DNA of 64,000 nt from Harriotta raleighana (GCA_050575255.1 JBNZDD010013726.1:1466409-1530408), one strand, 5' to 3'; shown: positions 27,901-40,345, counted from the stretch's first letter. Program-made: numbers and translations. Notes: generated from the letters alone by a model not told the origin.

Positions 27901-30900
27901 CTCTGAATTCTGTCTCTCAAGGCAGAATTTTCTTTTATGACTCCAGTCTTATGAACATTCAGCATTTTGTTGCTTGGAGCTGTCGTGTTATTCAATCCAC
28001 AAAACCCAATGTAGATTCACTCAGTCCTTTAATGCAAACTTTACAGGTCAACCTCTTTCAAATCTGCAAGTCGCTCTTCCCAGAATCATTTTATACTTGT
28101 ACCTTCCATATTCAAATGCCATTTATGTCGTTAAAGCAAATGTGATGAAGGACCAGGATCAACAGTAAGAGGGGCATCTCTGAAGTGTTGCTCTAGAAAA
28201 CATCATACAGTGATGAACACTGCTTTTCAGGAGAAAGTGGGTATTTTAAATATGATCTGTAACTTGTACATTGCTTTTCCATCAATTGTACAATGCTTTC
28301 CATTCCCACCATAGGAATACCACATACCTAAACACTCTGCTTGATCATAAACCGCAGAAGTGAAGCATTCCTGGCACATTCCTGCTTCTTCCCTGTGTTA
28401 TTTGTATAATTAGGGCTCTCCCACTTGGTAGAAAAGGGTATGAGGCAGTCACTTTACTAACTGTAGTCATTCAGATAATAGCAGGGCTGAAGCTGGATTT
28501 AAAGTAATTATTGATGCCCCTTTCATTACTGCTGACATTGCTTCTAGTTCCAGTTTGATTCAAAGTGGAAAAAGACCGATTTATACTTAAAACACTCTGA
28601 TTCCCTCTCGCCAAGGGCTGAAGAGAGCTTCAAACAAGCAAAATCATTCAAACGTGCACAGCTCCACTAACTCTTGTGAAATGCTGGTTAAGTTTTTTTT
28701 AATGTTATTGAAACATAAAAAAAACAAAAGTCATAATTGAAAATTCCTCAATGTTAAATAATTTACTAGGAACCTAGGATAAACATATTAGTAGTGCCCA
28801 AACATCACATTCTCCCTTGAAGTCTGCAGGTATATATTTTTGTTTGAGACTTTGTTTGTATACTGTTTTTTAGAAGATGTGTAGTATTACAAAATGCTGT
28901 AAATATACTTTATCGGTCTCTTTCTCTAATGGGTTTCTCTGCACCCTTCCTAAGTAAGGTTTTTAAGAACAAAAATGTAAGCTGTTCAATTACTGAGCCA
29001 ATTTATTGTGCCTCTACTGTTGAAGCTCACAGTGCACTCATGAACTACCCAAATTATCAAATGCAAATATTATTAAATTAGTCTTATGATTGTCATTGCA
29101 GAATGTGTTAGTTGCAACAAGAGCAGGAAATGCCAACTGCAGATTTCACATTTAGCTGACAATAAAGAAATGCGACAGTTGGCCAAGGAAGTGTCAGCTC
29201 CAAACATGCATCTTTAGAGACAACATAGAGTCAATCAGTTTTTCCCAGTAAACCTTCCTACAAACAAAAAATCTATTTCTGGGTATAAAGTACTTTATCC
29301 AATAGTTATGACTTGCAATCTACCAGTAAAAAACATCAATAAAGTTCAGCTCCCTTTAGGAGTTGCTTTCATTCAGGATTCATGTGCAAGCCAAGCTCCC
29401 TCCCTTGTTCAGACTCTTGAAAGATTTTTTTTATTCTAACACTGACCTAAAACAAGCTGTGATGCAGNGCCTACCACAATATCCTTCCCTTGTTCAGACT
29501 CTGAAAGATTTTTTTTATTCTAACACTGACCTAAAACAAGCTGTGATGCAGTCAGGGCGGATTAGAGTAAACTAGCCTGAATTGGTTCTGCCTTCTGTAG
29601 GTCAATTGGAATCTGAGATGTTTCCCTACGTGAAGGGTGCTATATAAATGCAAGTCATTGTTGTTGATGTATTTGATGGGTAAATGATTGCCAAGTCATA
29701 GTGGAATTGTACCCTGTGACAATTTAACAAGGCAATGAAAGAGGGCTATGATGGTTTTGTTCGCATTTGACTCTCTATATGGAATAGTTAATGAAAAGAG
29801 TGATTGTTGCCATTAAAATCTTGAAGGTACAGGGGGAAGAACGTTTTCAAGGATATGTTAGAATTTGGAAGCATAACACACAGATCATTTGGTATAGCAT
29901 TTCCCTCTTTATCCAGTCACCGGAATCCTGATTGGTTCTCTTTGTGACTTGACTCTTTGAATTGCTGGTTTCAACAATTACTCTAGGCAGAAAAATCAGG
30001 CTATGGGCTAATTAATTGTCAGCTGAACAAATGGTTGTTTGCGTTTGGTGTTGAAAATTGTGATAACGGTTTGCTAATGAAATGCATTGAATTAATAGCA
30101 GTCATTGGATATTGCTTCCTGATTTTTCACTTCATGTAAATGGACTATAACATTGATTTATTGAGATTTAATCTGGTGACAAAGAAACGACTATTATTAA
30201 CTTGGTATAACTGGGATCAATGCAATGGACGTGCTGACATTGCAGCTGTTCCGGCCTTCACTCCCTTCTTGTGGCCTTTGAGGTTAATGCAGCTTTTCAA
30301 ATCGATGCACGTACTGGCAAATAGCTCTGCTTCTCCCGGTCAAATAGGCTTAAAATGCTTTGTTTTGTCCAAGCACCGTGAACTGATAATATAAATGGAG
30401 ATATTCCATCACAGTTTGTTCCCTGCTGTTTTAAAGAGGGAATGTCACTGTCGTGGCAGAGTTTCCAGGCAGATTGACAGTCTTTAACAGCTCGGCTGAG
30501 AGTCCACCGCGACCTGGGTAAACTTGTCTTGCAGCAGGTGGTATGTGTGCTGTGATGGGAAAGGTTGTAATACAGTTTAACTCCAGTCGTCTAATGCAGT
30601 TTGGTGATCACATGGCTATGGTGGTTTTTAGGAAGCTCAAAAATAATATTGTTGTACTGCAGAACTTTCCAATGTACAAAGAGCAATCTGCTCAGGAGTG
30701 TGATTAACTCAGTCTTGCTATATGACAATATCTCTTTAAAATCTACCCTTTTTCTGCCTAGAACACATACTATCTTATGTGAACACTCTTGAATCTTAAG
30801 CAAGAAAGTCACACATTGTATATTACTGCTGGTTAGTGAAGTCAAATATAATTTCCATTGTACTTTTTATGATGTGATTTGGAAGCATGATATTTATTAA

Positions 30901-33110
30901 TGCAGGAAGTCTCTCCGATTAATAAATGGCCCCATTCTTGCACTTGCTAATCAATCAGACACGTTGCTGCAAGCACAGCAGTCATCTTGGTGGAGCCACA
31001 AGGCGTGTTTGTTCCTCTACAGTGATTCCGCAGCGTGTGGCTAATTCAATCTGAAGATGGCCGTTGTGAGTCAGAATTGTGAAAGTGCAAAGTGAGTCTA
31101 TGCGTAATGTTTTAATTAGAAGTTGGCAATCTCTTCTCCTTTTGCCCTTTTGTGAAAGCATATGTTAAAGGGACCTTTCTGTTCCCGGGTATCGAAATTG
31201 CCCCTGATCCCAATTTTTTGTCAAGGTTGTGAGCAGGGCAGTGGATTTACGGTCCTATAGTGTCTACATTGAGCTTCTCTTCAAAACCCGGAGTTGAACA
31301 AACTGGACATTTTCTGGGTCTTGAGTTCAGATCAGGGCTCACTGAACTGTGTTTAAATTCAGCTTGACCTGAACTAAACATATGTAAAGAACACTTCCTT
31401 TACAGTATACAAAATGGAATCCCTGAAGCCCAATTGAATAAGGGCTCTTGAATAGAACAGAAGCAGTAAAAGAACCACTTTACTAATATATTTTCAATAT
31501 ACCTTGAGCAGGATTATTGCATTTGCCACTTTAGTTTGTTAATGAAAACTGTGTTATCCTATATTATTAATATAAACTGACCCACTTCCAATTCCCTGCT
31601 AATCTCTTCCCTTGAGAGGAAGATCTCCAGTATCACAAAATGTTACACTTTATGGCCCAGTGCCAGTGTCAAACAAGCTCACATGGAATCATGACATTGA
31701 ATACATTTTGTGTTCGTCATAGAAACTGCAAGGAAGAAGGTACTTTTATACACAATAATATCTGATTTAAGAGACAGCAAACCACATATACTAATAAATT
31801 ATGCAAATTGTATTAATCCACATTGATTAATCTCTGTGGAAGAATCAGCAGCTGTAACTGCATTTAACGTCAAGACACTGCTTTTACATTCAGAGGCTCC
31901 TTCCCTCTCCTTCGCTTTTTTGTGGTGTGCAAAGAAAATATTATTCTCTGTCTCTCTCTGCTCGCATAAGAATGCCTTCTCAAAAAGCCCTTCTTCACAT
32001 GCAACGTTCTTGTAAATCTGATATGGCTGAAGGGATCAAATGCGTCTTAGTTTCATTCATCAGTGTGCCTACCAAACACTGAGACATTGTACTGTTCTGG
32101 CTTTTGCATTCAGTTATAGCAGTAAATTGCTTGGATCTGAAATTAAAAAACTAACTCAAAGCCACGACTTGAAGCAGTGTTTAAGTTTTCCTTGACAGTG
32201 CCAGGGGCTGGATGTCACTGATATTGTTATGAGTCCTCACTCACCACGAAAAGCCAAGATTTAGTGTGGTGGCAACCCAGAAGAATTTGTTTGCAATTTA
32301 TCTGATCTCTCTCGAACTGCTTGCTTACTCAATGATTATGATTTGATGGTTGCGGAATCCAATGATAAACCCGTATTTTACTTTGCGCTTCAAACCCTGC
32401 CAAAAGTACAATTAGTAGCTGGAAAATGCACTCCCAAGTTTTCGTATCTTAAAATTTTAAATAGAAGGACTTTGGCTGGAAAGGAGAGCAAGTGGGTTAA
32501 GTGGGGTTAATGAAAACAAAGACAATTTGAGGGTAGAACTTCTTTAGATGGGAATTTCTACATATAAGCATTCTTCATAGTAAAACAAAATAATTATAAT
32601 CCTTGCATTTGATGTACCACCTTATCACTTTGTCAAGATATCTCAAGGTGCAACACAGGATATATTGTAAAGTATATTGTGAGAGAAACAGCAGCTTGCA
32701 TTTATATTGTGGCCTTCATGCTGGGTAGCATCTAGGAGCGCTTAATGCATTATCATATAGTTTTAAATACGAGAGGAACATTGGGCAGGTTGAAGGATAG
32801 ACAATTGTAAATACTGTTGGTGTAAAATAGCAGCTGGCATAATTTGGCTTTGTGCTAAAACAAATGATTACTTTTCTCTTGTGTCTGATATGAGCTTGTG
32901 AACACATTGGCTTGTGGCAAACACTTGTTGAGCCACCAAGGCTGACTGACTGCTGGGGAGGACACTCAGTAATTTGTGTTATTGTCTCTGGATAATGGAC
33001 AATCCTTATTTCCTGTAACCTCCTGTGATGTGAATTAAATGCCACGCAGGCAAATAATTCTCCCAATTGCTTCCCAGTAATCCCTTATCTTGTTTTCTTA
33101 TTATCTGCAG

Positions 33111-33332
33111 GAAGCGACTACAGTGATGTGTTGCCCGAGTCATTCCCGTCGGCCACCGCGGAACCACTGCCTCAATTCCTGGTGGAGCCATCGGACGCCT
33201 ACATTGTGAAAAACAAACCTGTGGTGATGACTTGTACAGCCACTCCAGCCACACAAATCTACTTCAAGTGCAATGGGGACTGGGTGCACCAAAAGGATCA
33301 TGTGACTGAAGAGAATGTGGACCCGATCTCAG
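33111..33332 (+). CDS. unc5b: UNC5B exon 2 (N-terminal part of Ig1): [75 protein letters not shown]
   Basis: Acceptor ttatctgcag|GA at 33110/33111; donor CAG|gtagga at 33332/33333; phase 1-1; overlaps ORF 33128..33400. Confidence 0.96.
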
Positions 33333-33565
33333 GTAGGAATCATTCTTCCACCACAATAAGGAGTTCAGACTCCAGCAGCACATCAGGTGTGTGCTATTAG
33401 CGAGACTCACAGATTTTAGTTCTGTGTCTGTCCGTCCTTTACAATTCACCCGGTGCCTTTCTGTACATTGAAACACAGATTTTCCTATTGCAATGGAGTT
33501 CCATTCATCCATCGATTGGTTGATCATATGGAAATCTCATCTGTGATGATAGGGTGACCTTGGCA

Positions 33566-33808
33566 AATAAAATAATAATAATAATCCTTGCATTTGATAT
33601 AGTGCTTTTCACATCTTCTGTTCATCTGAAAGCGCTTCACAGAGTTTACCGTAAAATGAATTGACTGTATTTTATGGCTGAAATGTGGCAGCCAATTGCG
33701 GTGTCCTCCAAACAGTTGTGGGTTCAAATGATCAATTTATTATTGTTTTTTTGAGGGATTATTATCAGGCATGTGGAGTAAGGAAACTTCCCCAAGGTTT
33801 TGCCCTGG
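33566..33808 (-). mobile_element. tRNA-derived SINE family copy (head truncated)
   Basis: (AAT)n ccttgcatttgatatagtgcttttcac...ggcatgtggagtaaggaaacttccccaaggttttgccctg. Confidence 0.85.
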
Positions 33809-34363
33809 CTTGTATACCAGGCAGATTATCATTAGGCTGGTTTTGAAAGTAACCTGGCTTCTGCACGAGAAGTTTTTGAGAGATTGTTGAGTGACCCTTT
33901 CACTCTCTTGATTGATGCACCTCCTGTCAATCAGAATTGAATCAGCTTTGGCTTTGGTAATAGACAAATCTCTAGCAAAAATCCGAGGGCAATAAAGAAC
34001 CCAAAATCGAAGAGAATTAGTTGCCATCTTATATTTGATCCATAAATAAGCCCGACAGGTTCAGAAACTCCATGACTTCTTTTTGTAGAATGGTTGAACT
34101 TTCAATAAAAAAAATTCAACAAAATCTAATAAAGTTTCAAAGGTTAGTTGTTAACTGAGTATTTGCAGTAGAAGGTTTTATGTAGCACTTTGTTCAGATG
34201 CAGCCCTCATCTGATTTGCTGTGGAAGTGGCTATATGTGCATTTTAAACTGCACAAAAAATGTGTTTATGTTCCCTCATGCTGTGTGGGCAAGACTCAAA
34301 TGATCACTGCTGCTCATTTCTGGAGGGAAAGCAGGTTCCAAATAACTTCAGAAGATGAAAGTA

Positions 34364-34970
34364 CAGTAAAACCCTGTTTATCCGGCATCCATGGGAACTG
34401 GCCAGTGGCAGTTGAACTTTTAAAAATATATATATTTTTAAAAACTTTAAATTATTTTAACACATACCATCTTAATAATAGACTAAATAATAACAATATT
34501 GTTTGGGTATTTTATTGTAAATGTTGTACACTGTACCATATAAATAATAGAGTAAATACGGGAATAACAGATACTATAATAACAGAATATTGTATGACTA
34601 CTTTATTGTAAATGTTGAACAATACTATATAAATAATAGATTAAATACACTAATAACAGATACTATAATAACAGAATATTGTATTAGTACTTTATTATTT
34701 ATACTTAACTTCCCAATGGTGGCCGCCACCGAAGGAGGAAAAAAAACCCGGCAGTATCGCGACTTTTAAAAGGAGCAGGAGCGAGTTTAGACTCGACTAA
34801 CGGCCAGCCGAGTACCTACACCAGTACTCATGTGCGACAATCGATTCATTAAATGCGTCATCACTATGCTGCCAAATAAATTCTGGTTTATCGAATCGGG
34901 ACTTTTTTTTGAGGTTCTGGTTCAACGGATTTTCCGGTTCATCGAGTCATGGATAAATGGGGTTTTACTG
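34364..34970 (+). mobile_element. Complete Tigger/pogo-like MITE, family A (607 bp)
   Basis: TA|CAGTAAAACCCTGTTTATCC ... GGATAAATGGGGTTTTACTG|TA: ~20-bp TIRs with 2 mismatches, TA target duplication, no coding capacity. Confidence 0.92.
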
Positions 34971-36507
34971 TATATGGGTTTGTGTCTGCAACCACCTGGT
35001 TTACAGGCCAGAATGGACTTCAAATGCTTTCCTGATGGTGCTTTGGCTCGTTCTTGCCCACTCTTTAGAATGAAGGTCAAAAGGAACCAAATGCTTGCTT
35101 GTCTTACTCTTAATAATTAATTTCTTAGTTGAATGATTTATTTTCCTCATCCCTTTCTCCTCTTAGCAACACAGGCCCGTATTCGTAGTGTGAGGTGTAG
35201 ATCTGCAGATACGTACAGCTGTAACTTTACTAAAGTACCGTTCTTTGTTTGCACACAGTGACACATTAATAATACTACACAGTGAGTGCCAGCCGGCTGT
35301 TCAACTGTAAAGGGCATTAAAGCTTCACTACCTTAATTTTTAAGACAAAATAGTCTTTTAGGCAAAGTCAATTCTTTATTGCAAGCCTCAAGATTGTTGA
35401 AACCCTGGCTGATTGTCATATCGGTAAACCCCTGATGCTGAGCCTGGTTTTAATGCCTTTATTGTTCCCTAATACATGCTGCTTCCAACTGCTCACTCTG
35501 AACTTTAAGCAAACATAAAGAAGCTGCACAACACCCACTTTGTAATATTTGCTTAGTGTCCAGGGTCAGATGTGCAGTTGGGCAATCGTATCCCAGTGGA
35601 TTGAATCTGATCCAGAGCTTCAAATACGTTTTCCCAATTGGTACAAGAAGCATTCCTACTAGAAAACTCCCTCAATTGGTGCTACCAGCCAGGCTTTCTG
35701 TTATAAATGTTTTTTTTCTATACTTTTCACCAGATAGTTGGTAATAAAGTTACAGTGACGGAGATTCTAGCACCATCAGTGCCAATTAGGCACAAATGCT
35801 GGTCTGAAAAGACAACCTCACTGATATGCAGAGTGTGAACTGCAGACAGCTTAAACTAGTGTTAAATGCTAATGTGTGTTTACATTACAAGGAGTATTCT
35901 TCCTGCTTTGAGCAGACCTATAATTATGCATTCAGAACACTGTCTCCATAATGTCTGTTCTTGGCCAACCTGAATGGCACCGATGGCATGTTTCTGTCAA
36001 TACTCTTTGTGGTGTCAGGACATATGTTATTTTTTAAGTACTGCTTATTTGCTTTCCATTTGCTTAACAGCACAAAGACCCAATGCACGCTTGAAAGTAG
36101 GACTTTTTATTCGCTTGCACTAATTAATTGCACTCATTGTGACATGAAAAGGGCAGCACAAAAGTGGATTTCTGCTTTTATGACCTTGCATTTAAAAGTG
36201 TGCCTGCGATCAATGTCATTTTCTAAAAAGTAAATGGTGAATCAAAAACAGACTGAGTGGCAGACATAAAAGACATGCTGCCAACAATTTTGGAGACACT
36301 TAAGTAATCAGCTGGTGTTCCAATTTTTTTTTAAAAAAGGGACTTCGTGGCATCTTTCTACTTTTTCACTATTTTTACTTTTAAATCTTACTTTTTAATC
36401 TCCGTTCCTCTTCCATCCTGATACTCTGTTCTCTTTGGCTAAGAAGTCAGATGCCTACGTCTATGCAAGCTGTAGCATGTGTCAAACTGTTAGAGGATCC
36501 TGAGGGA

Positions 36508-36830
36508 CAAAACAACAAGAAACTTACATTTGTACAGCACCTTTCGGGACGACATCCCAAGGCGCTGGAATAGTACGCTTCCCTCCGTTTAAGCAGAATC
36601 GTTTATTTTCTATCTGGGGATAAGAGGGGTATAATAGTTTGGCAAATCATGGAGGCATTAGAAGTTGAGGACGAGGGTCTTTAACCTGGTCTGTAGGGGT
36701 AGTGAAGCTGGGCAAGGATGGGTGTACAGAGGATGTGAGCTGCAGCTCGAGAGCTCAGTGAGCAGGAAATTAGAAATCTAGTTTGGATGTAATGGATGGA
36801 AAGGATTGGATGTAATAAATGGAAAGGAGT
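36508..36830 (-). mobile_element. Degenerate L2 3' remnant
   Basis: Tail acttacatttgtacagcacctttcgggacgacatcccaaggcgct, followed by an L2-like segment tgaggacgagggtctttaa. Confidence 0.55.
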
Positions 36831-36834
36831 TTGA

Positions 36835-37086
36835 GAATTCTATAAATGAAGGTAATAGATGGAAAGGATTTTCAGAAAGAACAAATCAATATAGAAGAGC
36901 AAAACCTAAAAGTTGTATATTCTACGGCGTAAAACAACAGAAAATACTAAGTGTGTAGATACAACACAGTTTATTTGGAGATGGGTTTCCATTGCTATCC
37001 ATCACTGCTACCTGTCAATTGACTCAGTGATGCTATTGATCATCAGTTAGAGACACAAGTTAAAGCTCTGTCGTGTAAACAGATGT
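36835..37086 (+). repeat. Direct repeat copy 1 (intron 2), paralogous to 39207-39556
   Basis: gaattctataaa..gaaggtaatagatggaaagg...gatacaacacag..tatttgga...gctattgatcatcagttagagacacaagtt.aagctctgtcgtgtaaac in both copies. Confidence 0.9.
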
Positions 37087-37826
37087 GCTCACTGCTCAGG
37101 GACCCAGAGGAGCAGCAAGGGGTGGCTTGTCTTTTTCTTTCTGTGGGCAAGTATTTCAGCTCATCTTTCTCAGTCTCAGCCATGCGCCCAAACAACAATT
37201 CCACACACAGTGTGTCGCCACATCACAGCTATGTCTTAAGGGTTATTTCTATTTAGAGAAAAGGGCAATTTGAGTCAGACATACAAAATCACTGAGCATC
37301 ATTTCTGGCTGAAGACATGCTGACTTTGAATGAAGCACAGCAGTACATTTTAATCCCAAATTAAGGCAAAATATTGGAATCGCTGGGAATTAACATTTAT
37401 TAAAATGTCATTTTCAATCCATTCATATGGCTTTTTCTATAAAATGGGAAATGGTGACTGAGACGATGTCTGGCATGAAGGGCGCTATATAAACACTGAA
37501 GTTGTCGCTGTTGTCGAGAAGGTTAGAATGTGAAGCCAGCCCACAAAATCACAAACCCTATCTCTTTGTTGGCAGTACAATGCTCCTGTCCCACTTCTGT
37601 TCCCAGAAGATTCAGCTGTGATCTACCATGGAATTAGCAATCTCAGAGAGAACATGGCAATGTCTGTTATGATCAATTGAACTGTCACACCTGGTGCACT
37701 CCAGGCTGTTTCTCTGAGGCTGATTGAAGGTACATGTTGTGGTGTAGTGGAGGGAGTTCCATCCTCTGTATCTAACCCTGGTCTGTGACTACCCAATACT
37801 GATATTTGGCAAGAAGAAAAATGAAG

Positions 37827-37869
37827 TAGTTTCCATCCACCCACCTTGAAAGTGGGTGGATGGAAACTA
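37827..37869. repeat. Perfect 18-bp inverted repeat with 7-nt loop
   Basis: TAGTTTCCATCCACCCAC-cttgaaa-GTGGGTGGATGGAAACTA. Confidence 0.95.
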
Positions 37870-38313
37870 TCCCCTACCACTTCCATTGAATTAAATAAAT
37901 ATTTATCACCATAAATGAAAAGCAGTTAATATCTATTTACCTGTTTCACCCACAAAACTATCAACACTGGTGCTAGGGAATGTTATAAAATGCCAGAAAA
38001 CCAGGAACTGCACATTTCTCTTGGGAAATAGTTGCGGACTCCACAACACTGTAAATAAACAGCAAGTGATTTGATATGTCTGTGGAAACTGTACACCGGA
38101 GAACTCATGCCCTTTTCTCATGTCTCCTATTTGTTATTGTTAGCCTATATTACAATTGTGCAAAATTGTGCTCTATGAACTCCCAACACACGAAGAAGGA
38201 AGAAAAATAAGACTTTCTTGTTTAAAGGAAGCAAGTTCAGACTTGACTATAAAAATGGGCCGGATTTGATAAGGTCTCACTGTAATTTCTCTCTCTCGCT
38301 CTCTCTCGTGCAG

Positions 38314-38457
38314 GACTTGTGGTTCGAGAGGTTCACATTGAGGTCTCACGTCAGCAAGTGGAGGAACTGTTTGGTTTGGAAGATTACTGGTGCCAATGTG
38401 TAGCCTGGAGTGCCTCAGGCACAACAAAAAGCAGGAGAGCCTACGTCCGCATTGCTT
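38314..38457 (+). CDS. unc5b: UNC5B exon 3 (Ig1 C-terminal part): [47 protein letters not shown]
   Basis: Pyrimidine tract ctctctcgtgcag|GA; donor GCTT|gtgcgt; 144 nt, phase 1-1. Confidence 0.96.
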
Positions 38458-38629
38458 GTGCGTATCTCTTAAACTTTGTGTACATCATGAACTTAATGAA
38501 CCTGGAATTAGCCTCTGTGGTTTGGTTTTGCCTTCAGCATCTTTCCAACACAACTCTGGATGAAGCCCAAAGTCAACATTCACACAAAAAACTACTCGTT
38601 TGGAGTTTAGTTTTTGCTACAATCAATTG

Positions 38630-38880
38630 CATACTGCACACACATCAAAACACACATCCTGGCTGCATTCTCTCATGTACCACGTTTGTGTGTGCACACA
38701 CACCCCCTTTCTCTCTCTCCCACACAATACACACACACACAAAGCCTCCTCACACAAATCTGCACATCCTCATAACTCTACATAAAGAGACATACACTTC
38801 TTGCACTTTTCCACCATTTTTTGCATACGCCTGCTCACATACTCCCTCACAACCTTTCACAAAACACACACACACCATTT
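38630..38880 (+). repeat. CA-rich low-complexity/degenerate microsatellite
   Basis: Interrupted (CA)n and (CT)n runs downstream of exon 3. Confidence 0.8.
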
Positions 38881-39206
38881 TAAAAACATATGTATTGTAG
38901 CATAACAACAGAAACCAGCGAGTAATTTCAAGTCTGTACTGAATCTTGTCTGGGTTCAGATGACCACTCTAGACATTCAGATTTATTCTCCCGACTTGGG
39001 AAGTTCTTTGATTGATATTAGCAGTATCAGTCTGACTCCCAAGTGCAGCCTGTTCTCTGCATCACTAACCGCAGCTCATGCATATACAAAAATCTGATGT
39101 GTGATATGAAATAAACATCATCCAATGGGTATATTAATATGAGGGTCTGTCTCACAAACACCAACCTCTTAGCCAGATATGAGTTTGACTGAATGTAGCA
39201 AAGACG

Positions 39207-39556
39207 GAATTCTATAAAAGAAGGTAATAGATGGAAAGGTTTTTCAGATCAATATAGAAGAGCAAAACCCAAAAGTCGTATTTTTCATGGCGTAAAACCA
39301 TAGAAAATACTGAGTGTGTAGATACAACACAGCTTATTTGGAAAAAAACACAGAAAGTTGCTGGGGAAACTCGGCAAGTCAGGCAGCATCCATGGAGAAA
39401 GGAAAGTGAGTCAACATTTCAGGTCCACGACCCTTTGTGGGTTTCCATTANGTGGTTTCCATTACTGTCCATCAATGCCACCTATCAATTGCCTCAGTGA
39501 AGCTATTGATCATCAGTTAGAGACACAAGTTGAAGCTCTGTCGTGTAAACAAATGT
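39207..39556 (+). repeat. Direct repeat copy 2 (intron 3), interrupted by a Penelope-like fragment
   Basis: Colinear with 36835-37086 except for a ~95-bp insert at 39343-39436. Confidence 0.9.
39343..39436 (-). mobile_element. Penelope-like element terminal-repeat fragment with partial hammerhead core
   Basis: aacacagaaagttgctggggaaactcggcaagtcaggcagcatccatggagaaaggaaagtgagtcaacatttcaggtccacgaccctt. The minus strand reads AAGGGTC-GTG-GACCT-GAAATGTTGAC. Shared with 46936-47080. Confidence 0.65.
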
Positions 39557-40241
39557 TCAGCATTTGTAAGATGAGTTTTTGACAGCGATGTAACCGCAAG
39601 GACAAGTTTTTGAGTAAGGTCCCAAGAACAATCCTGTGCTTAATTTGTTGACCTGCAGATAAGTCTTAACCCAAAAAAATCACTTAGAAATTCAGGGCTG
39701 GGGGAGGGGTGGGAGAGGCTGAAGAAATGCACTTGAGCAACTTTGATCTATGCTGCTGCTTCTCTCGCCCCAGTTCCCAGCACATCCTGCTGATCATTCC
39801 TTTCAAAAGGAAACGCTTGAAGCAGATATTATTGAGGCTTGTTCATGGTGTTTTTTTTCATGGTTCAGCCAAGAAGCTCAGCGAGGAGCCGATGTTATGG
39901 CTGCAGCTGAAAGAAGCCATTGTGTTTCTTTTTATGAAACTTTTTATTTTGAGCAAAACATGTGGAGGGCGGCATGGATTGTAAATCCAAATAGCACAGA
40001 GAGACCAATAAAGCTTTGTGAATCCTAATGCAGCGACCAGCCTGAATGTGCACAGCATAGATGTCATTGATGGGTAATAAACTTGGGGAAGATTAAATTC
40101 AACCACTGAGTTTGGAGTAGGATAAACACTTGGGATATGATCATGCAAAGCGAGCGACATTGCAGGTAAAGGTGGATTAAGCTCAGTGATTTCTGAGGAG
40201 ACCTTACCCCATGATAATAAGTTTCATTGCTTATGTTCCAG

Positions 40242-40345
40242 ACTTGAGGAAGAATTTTGAACAGGAACCGCTTGGAACAGACGTCTCCCTGGAACATGAG
40301 GTGCTGCTACAATGCCGCCCACCAGAAGGGGTCCCACCTGCAGAG
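40242..40345 (+). CDS. unc5b: UNC5B exon 4 (start of Ig2): [35 protein letters not shown]
   Basis: Acceptor atgttccag|AC; donor GAG|gtatgt; 104 nt, phase 1-0. Confidence 0.96.

Noticed and set aside
1-33110. UNC5B exon 1/promoter or a nested protein-coding gene
   Set aside because: I found no CpG island, no signal-peptide exon with a phase-1 donor and no ORF with a recognisable non-TE domain; short ORFs fit chance or repeats. Small nested exons cannot be fully excluded by eye.
38319-38900. 193-aa ORF as a stand-alone gene
   Set aside because: It is exon 3 plus read-through into CA-rich intron; similarity to UNC5B stops at the donor at 38457.
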